The notes below the pieces were generated by a model that was given only the letters and a program-made list of their open reading frames with translations, was not told the DNA's origin and did not search any database. 64,000 nucleotides of DNA from a virus (lineage: Duplodnaviria > Heunggongvirae > Uroviricota > Caudoviricetes), in the IMG/VR virus record IMGVR_UViG_3300032038_000014, positions 1 through 64,000 of that record; one strand, 5' to 3'. Both the position numbers and the translations under genes were made by a program. How positions within the stretch are numbered: position 1 is the stretch's first letter; the number at the start of each line of letters is the position of its first letter. Shown piece after piece: positions 56,815 through 64,000 of the stretch.

Positions 56815-57129
56815 TTATGAATTTGAAACAACATTTTTTAAAAATGTGATACTATATGCAGGTCTATCATAAGCATCTAAAATTACATTGAGTGAAGAAA
56901 ATTCATAATCAACTCCATTAAATATAGTATCGTTTCCATAAGTAATTTCAAAAGATCCACCAAAATCAGTTAACATAATATCTCCCATTTGATTTATATT
57001 AACTGCATTAGTAAATTCACAATCTATATTTTTTTGTAATTGTGAAGGATTTTCATCATCATGATCTACTCTGTAATTAAGCGTATTGATATCATATTCA
57101 TAAGTATCAAAAGTTAACTTCATAGACAT
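56815..57129 (-). CDS. Hypothetical protein (104 aa), possible rSAM substrate or fiber accessory protein
   Basis: ORF between the giant fiber and the rSAM genes. Confidence 0.4.
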   Translation of the reverse strand: MSMKLTFDTYEYDINTLNYRVDHDDENPSQLQKNIDCEFTNAVNINQMGDIMLTDFGGSFEITYGNDTIFNGVDYEFSSLNVILDAYDRPAYSITFLKNVVSNS

Positions 57130-57157
57130 ATATATTCTCCTTTCTAGAAAGGTTTGT

Positions 57158-60100
57158 TTATTTTATACGAATCCAAATTCGTCCATTAACATCCACATTA
57201 TTAGTACCCCAAGTTTCATAATCTGGAATTGCAGATATAGTACCAATAATACAATGTGGATATTCTCGAATTTCTTCTTTAGTCATTATAGAAACTGTTC
57301 CGTTTGGTCCGGAACAAACCGGTTCACCTATATGATTACGGAATTCTTCTCTATCTTCCAATGGATAAGCAAGAACTCGTCCTGAAGCTGCAATTGGAGT
57401 TTGTGCTTTTTTAGTTTCACCAATTGCGAAACCAAAAGTATCAGAAACTATTTCACAACCTGGCTGGAGTCGTTCAGTTGAAAGTACAAGAGTATCATCT
57501 CCAACTTCTTTAACACAACGACCTGGTTCTGTAACTGTAGATATACGATATTCTGCATAGTCATTCCAAGCTGCTCCAAATAATACAGATCCTTGAGTAT
57601 ATACTGAAGCATTATAAACAGTCGCATGATTTGCAGAAGAAGCAGTTGTAGTTCCTAATACATAAGCCTTTGTACTAGAAGCAGATGAATAGATATTCGT
57701 AGCATTATTAGCGGTTTGAACAATACCACCATCGGTAGCTACAGTACCAGTAATAGAAGCAACTACTTCTGTACTTGTTTTTTTATCAGATGTAGTAGTA
57801 TCATTTACTTCATTAGAATTAATTAATGACCATCCATTATTAGATCCTTCTAATATATAAGCATATCTTCTTGGATATGTTCCACATTTAATATAAGCAT
57901 TAAATCTTGTATCAGTTCCAGTTGTAGTTGTTCCAGTGGCAGGGGTAATAATAACATCTTCTGCCCCAAATCCATATCTAATTATCCATGTTGCACTACA
58001 ATTCATTGCTGCATTAGTAGCATTAGTACGAACACTTAATTTAATTATGCCATATGGACCTCCATTATATCTACTGCGAATTATTACAATTACATCTTTG
58101 TCTTGCCATTGTCCAGTTCCTGTTGTACAAGTAGCAAATCTATGCCAAGAATAATTAGCTGTATTTCCTCCATTTATAGTACAATAATTAGGGTACCAAG
58201 ATAAAGCTGTAAGAGTTCCAGCATTTAAATAAACTCCACAAGTTCCATTACCAACTGTACTTCCACTAGTACTTACTTTACCAGTATTACTTATTGTTAA
58301 TAAATTAGTACCATTGCCCATAGCAGTAGCTGCTGCAGTAGTAACCACTTCTCGCCATGCAGTACCATTACTTACTTGCGATCTAATTTGCATTCGTGAA
58401 TCACTAGTAGAAATAGCTAATTGAGAATCATAACCACCATTATTGTCCCAGTTCATTTGAAGTACATTGGCATCAAAACTACATTTTCCAGTAGTAGTAG
58501 AACTAGATGCTACTAAATGGAATAAAGCTCCAGCTGCAACATAATTTGCAGCTTTATTTAAATTAGTAGTAGTTCCTCGCGCTTCATATAAATTAAGATA
58601 ATTTGCTCTTGCTGCAGTTCCACTTAAGGTTCCATAAAATGTAACATTATTGTTGGTGTCTACAGTAAAAACAGAATGTGCTGTTCCAGAACCATGAGCA
58701 GGTAGCCAAATTCCACGAGCCCCATCTGTCGCCGCGGCAGCCCACATATGCATTTGTCCAGCTCCAGATTGTACACCAACTTGAGCTTCTCTTGCAGTAT
58801 TTCCATTAACACCTGCCCAAAATCTACTTGCGGTCATTGTTAATAAAGCAGAAGCATCATAACTATTTTGACCAGGTAAAAATTCAATTGTACCATCTGA
58901 TGCAACAACCATAACCTCTGCACCATTAGCACCATTATATTTATTAGCAACTATTGTATCAGCAGATTCTCCACCACCAATAATAGTAGTTCCTCCACCA
59001 CCAATAGCAATACCATTACCATATTCATCTGCAGTATTTTCTAAAAAGCGTATCATACGATTTGTTGATTTAGAACCTGTATAATAAATCCCAGTTCCAT
59101 TCGTACCTTTTATATGTAAATTACCATTTAAAGTAATTTTACCATTTGCAAAATTAGCTACTTGAGTTCCATTAGTTTGTCTAACAGCATCCCAAGCACC
59201 AGATAAAGCAGAAGTATAAACTTGAATATCTACTTGACTAGCTAATAAACGTATTCTATCTGGACCAGAGCTTGCATTAGGATCATTGCCTTTAAACAAT
59301 AACAATTCTGAAGTTTCATGAGTAGTTGTTTTATCGCCATAAATAGATTCACCTATATAAGTATGATTATAACTACCTGCACCATCTGCATTTAATCCAT
59401 AAAAAGCAATATAATTATTTGATCCAACATTATCAGTAGCATATCCAGTATTTGCAGCAGTATCAGCTTTTCCTACTCTAAGAGGTCCATATGCAGTAGT
59501 TAAGCCATTAATATAAGCTGTACCATTTACATACAACTTATAAGAAGTATTAGTACCACCAATACCTAATGTATTACTAAAATAACCATTACCAGAACTA
59601 TTAGCATAAAATTTTTCTCCACTGCTACCAACTTGTAATTGTTCATCGGTTCTAACAATGGAGCTACCAAAATAAACTCCAGAAGTAAAACCGCCTCCAT
59701 CATTAATTCTTAACCAAGTATCATTAATAGTAAAAGCTTTTTTACTATTTAAATAAATATAATAAGGTGAACAAATATTAATAACATCACCAGAATCATT
59801 GGCCTGAGAAATTCTTAGTTCAGTACCTCCAGCAACACCAGATTTAATTTGATAAATAGCAGATACATCAGAAGCATCAGTAGCACTTTCAACATAAGGA
59901 TTCCAATATACTCCTGGATTAGCAGTACTTGTAACAGCTCCTAAATAAAGTTTTCCTTCACCATTAATTGAAGCAACATTAGTACTACCTCTACGAAAAA
60001 TCCATCCTCGAGTAGTAGCATCATTCATAGTGAAATAAGTTGCCCAATCACTAGTAACTCCACCATGTGTACCAAATGTTGCAGTTCCTGCAAACATTAA

Positions 60101-61978
60101 ACCATAAGTAGGAGCTCCAGTAGTAGGACCTCCATAAAGAGAGATACCTATTCCTAAAGAAGCATTGGTATTAGCTAAACCAATACCTCCTTTAGTTGTA
60201 CCTACATTAAGACTGCCTCGAAGAGCTATATTTCCAGAATCATAATTAGCAGTTAATACATTATAATAAGCACCTTTTGCAGTAGTATAATCTGATTGAA
60301 GATAAAATGTTCCTTCAGAGTTTAAAAAACGCCAATTTGCATTTCCATTTCTATTAAACTCTAAATAAGCATCTCCACCATCTTTATTAATAATCTTTAA
60401 ATAACCATCTTGCCAATCACCATGTCCATCATAAATAGCAAAACCAGTAGCAGCTTGAACTTTTTTATTAAAATAAAATGCTATATTAGCACTATTTTCA
60501 AAATGGCACCAACCACTATTGTTAGAACCAATAGTAACAGTATTGCCATTATTTGTAATTTTTAAAAGACTTCCATTTATATGTAATTTAGAAGCTGGAC
60601 TAGAAGTACCTATACCAACATTAGCATTAAATACAGCCAATCCACCAACTGTAATTGTATTAAAATTAGCATGATTTGCAAAACTAGCTGCACCAGTAAC
60701 AACTAATTCTCTAATAGTAGCAGAATCAATATTTACTGTATTTCCAAAATTAACATGACCAGTTACATTACCACCAATTAAAGGTAACCAAGGTGAATTA
60801 ATTGTTTCAGTAGCTCCTGATCCTTTTTCAACAGTAATTACTGTATCAGTAGTTGACCATCCAGAAATATATTTATCTTTAATATTAGTAGTATCTTCAT
60901 AAATTTCTTCAGCATAAATAGCTGCCCATCTATTAGAACTAGTTCCTAAATAACCAGTTTTATTATTAATAGGATATATATATCTACTTTGAGAATTTAT
61001 AGCAAAAAAATCACCATTAGAAGAAGTTGTTCTAAAAATAACTTTTTCATTACTGTCATCTGTAGTTTGAATAATTAAATTACCTTCATCACTAGCATCA
61101 ATTCGATAAAAAATTCTAGCTCCATCTGAACTACCTGACCAATTAATACCTTTAGAACTAATAGGATATGTTTCTCCAGCTACTGTAGGCCAAGTTCCAA
61201 TAGAAGCAAAACTTAAATCACCTGTCATAATATCGCCAGACAATCTAACAAAATTTAATTGTTTATCAGTAGATCCACCATCGCCTTTATAAAAGGTTAA
61301 TTTATGATTAGCTGAATCAGTAGTAATATTGCTTATATAAGTAGTTTTAATACTAGTAGAATCCCCAGTTGCCTTAGTTGCGTATTCAGCAGTACCAGCA
61401 ACATTAGTAACTGTTAAAGTATTAGTTGAAGGATTATAAATAAAATCATTATCATAAACTGGTTTTCCTTTTGTAGTATTATCAGAAAACCATACTACAG
61501 TAGCAACATCATTACTTCTAGCTTCAAAACCAGAATAATTAAAACTGGCATTAGAAAAAGTAACTCCTCCAGAAGCAGTAAAAGCTCCCGTAAAAGTTTT
61601 CGCACCAGCTATTGTTTGCGCGCCAGCTGTTATGACACCTGCGGAACTGGCTCCAGCGTTCGGGAGGAGTACTGTTGTAGATGTATCACCGCTACCTCTT
61701 TCCAAAATGGCAGTAACCTTAGCTGTATCTGTCGTACCATCAAATTCAATTCCTTTGATATAAGTATTTACGATAGATTGTGTTCCTGTGGAATCATAAG
61801 TCGCTTTTCCAGCTTCTGCCGCATAGTGTTCACTCATTAAAATACGATGAGTAGCATCAAAGTCTAAATAAAGCGATCCTTTATCGCCGTCTATAGCAAA
61901 ATAGACAGTACCAGGTACAATTTGACTAGGTATATTATTTTTATTACCTGACTTAAATTGTACGATATCGTAAGCCAT
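57158..61978 (-). CDS. Giant tail fiber / receptor-binding protein (1606 aa)
   Basis: Extremely Gly/Thr/Asn/Ser/Ala-rich repetitive beta-structure; own RBS (GGAAAGGGAGGT); preceded by a minus-strand terminator. Confidence 0.6.
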   Translation of the reverse strand: MAYDIVQFKSGNKNNIPSQIVPGTVYFAIDGDKGSLYLDFDATHRILMSEHYAAEAGKATYDSTGTQSIVNTYIKGIEFDGTTDTAKVTAILERGSGDTSTTVLLPNAGASSAGVITAGAQTIAGAKTFTGAFTASGGVTFSNASFNYSGFEARSNDVATVVWFSDNTTKGKPVYDNDFIYNPSTNTLTVTNVAGTAEYATKATGDSTSIKTTYISNITTDSANHKLTFYKGDGGSTDKQLNFVRLSGDIMTGDLSFASIGTWPTVAGETYPISSKGINWSGSSDGARIFYRIDASDEGNLIIQTTDDSNEKVIFRTTSSNGDFFAINSQSRYIYPINNKTGYLGTSSNRWAAIYAEEIYEDTTNIKDKYISGWSTTDTVITVEKGSGATETINSPWLPLIGGNVTGHVNFGNTVNIDSATIRELVVTGAASFANHANFNTITVGGLAVFNANVGIGTSSPASKLHINGSLLKITNNGNTVTIGSNNSGWCHFENSANIAFYFNKKVQAATGFAIYDGHGDWQDGYLKIINKDGGDAYLEFNRNGNANWRFLNSEGTFYLQSDYTTAKGAYYNVLTANYDSGNIALRGSLNVGTTKGGIGLANTNASLGIGISLYGGPTTGAPTYGLMFAGTATFGTHGGVTSDWATYFTMNDATTRGWIFRRGSTNVASINGEGKLYLGAVTSTANPGVYWNPYVESATDASDVSAIYQIKSGVAGGTELRISQANDSGDVINICSPYYIYLNSKKAFTINDTWLRINDGGGFTSGVYFGSSIVRTDEQLQVGSSGEKFYANSSGNGYFSNTLGIGGTNTSYKLYVNGTAYINGLTTAYGPLRVGKADTAANTGYATDNVGSNNYIAFYGLNADGAGSYNHTYIGESIYGDKTTTHETSELLLFKGNDPNASSGPDRIRLLASQVDIQVYTSALSGAWDAVRQTNGTQVANFANGKITLNGNLHIKGTNGTGIYYTGSKSTNRMIRFLENTADEYGNGIAIGGGGTTIIGGGESADTIVANKYNGANGAEVMVVASDGTIEFLPGQNSYDASALLTMTASRFWAGVNGNTAREAQVGVQSGAGQMHMWAAAATDGARGIWLPAHGSGTAHSVFTVDTNNNVTFYGTLSGTAARANYLNLYEARGTTTNLNKAANYVAAGALFHLVASSSTTTGKCSFDANVLQMNWDNNGGYDSQLAISTSDSRMQIRSQVSNGTAWREVVTTAAATAMGNGTNLLTISNTGKVSTSGSTVGNGTCGVYLNAGTLTALSWYPNYCTINGGNTANYSWHRFATCTTGTGQWQDKDVIVIIRSRYNGGPYGIIKLSVRTNATNAAMNCSATWIIRYGFGAEDVIITPATGTTTTGTDTRFNAYIKCGTYPRRYAYILEGSNNGWSLINSNEVNDTTTSDKKTSTEVVASITGTVATDGGIVQTANNATNIYSSASSTKAYVLGTTTASSANHATVYNASVYTQGSVLFGAAWNDYAEYRISTVTEPGRCVKEVGDDTLVLSTERLQPGCEIVSDTFGFAIGETKKAQTPIAASGRVLAYPLEDREEFRNHIGEPVCSGPNGTVSIMTKEEIREYPHCIIGTISAIPDYETWGTNNVDVNGRIWIRIK

Positions 61979-62085
61979 ACGTTACCTCCCTTTCCTCTAT
62001 ATTTTTAAATCAACTCAAAAGTTGATATAATTATCTCATTATACATAAGAAATCTTTAAAACCAATTGTCTGCTTTTGGCCTATA

Positions 62086-62122
62086 AACAAAAAAATAGGG
62101 GAGATGAAAAATTCATCTCCCC
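62086..62122 (-). terminator. Rho-independent terminator (minus strand)
   Basis: GGGGAGATGAA aaatt CATCTCCCC, followed on the minus strand by TATTTTTTT. Confidence 0.6.
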
Positions 62123-62131
62123 AAGTTTAGA

Positions 62132-62890
62132 TTAATCTAATAAATCAATCCAATATATATCTCTTTCAGCAGCTTGTCTGCTTAAATCCATAATTTGTTC
62201 CAAAAATGTTGCGGCATGGTCGTCCCTATCTATATTATTCAAGATATAATAAGTCTCCCCAGCATGAAACTCATCCCTATCATCAATAACATAGTCGCCG
62301 TTTTCATTTTTGATATAATAACTACTAGGTTCGTAGTTATTTTCAGTTAAAGTCATAACTGAATAAAGTGTATCATCACTAAGATCAATACCGTGTAAAA
62401 TCTTACTTTCTGCCGGTAAAGTATTTAAGCTATAAATGACATGATTTTCAGAAGCTAATTCATAGAAGCGTATATTATATTTTACAGAACCTGCGGCCTT
62501 GGCTACATTGTGGTCAATAAGCCAAGGGAAAAGTACGGTTTGTCTAATACCATCTCCTAAATTAATCTCAAGTCTATCAGCTGTTTCTACATCGTAGAAA
62601 GGTACTACATAGACATGTCCCTCTCCTGCAGCATTTTCATATTGAATTACTGCGGTCTTAGAGGTTAAATCAACTCCATCATAATAACGAGGCATTTTAA
62701 AATAAATAGCCTCTGCTCTATGGTCTGTCTCTACGCTCAAATATTCAGGCGCTTCAATTGTTCTAGCATTTAAGTTAATCTCATAGATTCTCTCTGTACT
62801 AGGTAACAATAAAGCTAAAGTAGGTGGGTTTTCATCTTGAATGCGATACAAATTGCTATAATATTCTTTAGCTGAAGTAATCATCTTCAA
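62132..62890 (-). CDS. Hypothetical tail/baseplate-module protein (252 aa)
   Basis: ORF in the structural block. Confidence 0.45.
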   Translation of the reverse strand: MKMITSAKEYYSNLYRIQDENPPTLALLLPSTERIYEINLNARTIEAPEYLSVETDHRAEAIYFKMPRYYDGVDLTSKTAVIQYENAAGEGHVYVVPFYDVETADRLEINLGDGIRQTVLFPWLIDHNVAKAAGSVKYNIRFYELASENHVIYSLNTLPAESKILHGIDLSDDTLYSVMTLTENNYEPSSYYIKNENGDYVIDDRDEFHAGETYYILNNIDRDDHAATFLEQIMDLSRQAAERDIYWIDLLD

Positions 62891-62926
62891 ACCCTCCTTC
62901 CTTTAACGTTATGCCTAAACCAGCGA

Positions 62927-64000
62927 TTAGTCAACAACGGTATAGAAAGGTGAGATTGTTGTTGCAGAAGTTCCATTAAAGATATTTGTAACTTCGCAGA
63001 AATAAACACCAGCAATAGGTGGAGTTAAGTCAGGAGTCTTTGAACTAGTAATAATAGGATCACTTAAATGATCTCCAATACCAGTTAAATTCTCAATCTT
63101 AACATCATTCTTAATAGTATATTCTCCTCTTTCTGCAGCAGCTTTATCAGCCTCTACAGTAGAATCAACAGAAGAATAATATCTATACCATTGATAGATA
63201 ACATCATCGCCCATTAATCTTTCTCTATTTGGTTCTAAACCAGCAACATCTACATGAAGTCCATTGCTTTGTGCAGAAGCTAAACTAATATCGTCATCAT
63301 TATCAATAGTTAATATCAATTTAGCAGCAGGATTAGTAATACGAACTTCATTACTTGTAGTTTCAAAGTGCTCTTTATTTAAGTTATTACTTACAATTAC
63401 ACTATAGAAACCTTCTTCATCTTCTCCAGGTACAAGAATTAATTCTGCATCAGTATCATTTTCTAATACTTCTGGAGTTGGATCTCCAAGACCACGACGA
63501 CGCCATACATATGTAGCTTTACCACCTTGTCCAGCAACATCATTACCAAATTCATCTTTAAGAGTAACTTCAAGGTCTAATGTAACAGGAATTGGTTGAT
63601 CAGTACTCTTGTCAAAACGAAGAATAGGTCCAGTTGAGTCGCCCGCCGCAAGTTCTCCAAGTTCTGGAGCTACTGGCATTGGTACATAAATTGCAGTTGC
63701 AACAAGATCATCAGAGAATACTTTACCAACTCTATTTCTAGCTTTAGCAACATATTTACCAACTTCATCAAGAGTTGCTTCAGATACCAATTCATAAATA
63801 TCCTTATCTTCTGCAATTAAAGTAGAGAACTCAGTAGAATTTGGAATTGGTTTATATCTATCATTTTCTAAAGTATAATAAGTCTTATGAGTAAGACGTG
63901 GAGAAGCAAGTGGATCATCAATTCTTCTATACACTACAGGAAGATAGAATTTTGTTTCTCCATCAGCTCTATAAAGACTACCTACTCCGTGTTTATCAAC
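62927..64000 (-). CDS. Structural protein with Ig-like domains, partial (N-terminus lies beyond the window end)
   Basis: The frame stays open to position 64000 (the ORF-track start at 63934 is a GTG). The C-terminus has an Ig-like signature: YFCEVTNIFNG. Confidence 0.45.
   Translation of the reverse strand, partial: VDKHGVGSLYRADGETKFYLPVVYRRIDDPLASPRLTHKTYYTLENDRYKPIPNSTEFSTLIAEDKDIYELVSEATLDEVGKYVAKARNRVGKVFSDDLVATAIYVPMPVAPELGELAAGDSTGPILRFDKSTDQPIPVTLDLEVTLKDEFGNDVAGQGGKATYVWRRRGLGDPTPEVLENDTDAELILVPGEDEEGFYSVIVSNNLNKEHFETTSNEVRITNPAAKLILTIDNDDDISLASAQSNGLHVDVAGLEPNRERLMGDDVIYQWYRYYSSVDSTVEADKAAAERGEYTIKNDVKIENLTGIGDHLSDPIITSSKTPDLTPPIAGVYFCEVTNIFNGTSATTISPFYTVVD

Noticed and set aside
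62927-63934. ORF-track start (M at 63934) for the Ig-like structural protein
   Set aside because: The codon is GTG and the frame remains open to the window end. The gene more likely begins beyond position 64000, so it is reported as partial.
1-64000. Search for integrase/attachment site, tRNA genes and CRISPR arrays
   Set aside because: No tyrosine or serine recombinase motifs, no cloverleaf-capable intergenic sequence of adequate length, and no direct-repeat/spacer arrays were seen. The element looks like a virulent or non-integrative phage segment.

Overview
This is a 64 kb slice of a large, AT-rich (about 30% GC) double-stranded DNA virulent-type phage genome. The class III anaerobic ribonucleotide reductase (NrdDG) and the GH25, CW_7 and PG_binding_1 cell-wall hydrolases point to a low-GC Gram-positive anaerobe, probably Clostridium-like, as host. 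No integrase, tRNA gene or CRISPR array was found.

Layout:
- 1..8579 (minus strand): a lysis and tail-fiber block. It holds a holin, a GH25 endolysin, an 894 aa multi-domain hydrolase with five CW_7 repeats, a CHAP-like peptidase and paralogous tail-fiber-like proteins.
- 8718..54754 (plus strand): a long accessory and replication block driven by repeated sigma70-like promoters (TTGATT, 17 bp spacer, TGnTATAAT), many of which overlap the T-run of the preceding terminator hairpin.
- 54776..64000 (minus strand): a structural block. It holds a 1606 aa tail fiber, a radical SAM/SPASM enzyme, one member of an unknown-family paralog pair, and a phiLC3-type holin-like protein.

The plus-strand block begins with what looks like an unusually complete RNA (tRNA) repair and anti-defence island at 8718..19760. 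It contains a Thg1-like 3'-5' polymerase, a Pol-beta-fold nucleotidyltransferase, two calcineurin-like phosphoesterases and a DEDD exonuclease. It also contains an Rnl2-like RNA ligase fused to a tRNA-binding OB domain, a NADAR domain protein, a Met-rich protein with a vWA partner, a PurA/PurZ-like adenylosuccinate-synthetase homologue, a PPP phosphatase and a T4-Pnk-like kinase.

Further downstream are a flotillin and a PIN-PhoH protein. The replication and nucleotide-metabolism module follows, and it includes a ThyX-like protein that lacks the RHR motif.

All calls are from reading the translated ORFs. No database search was possible.
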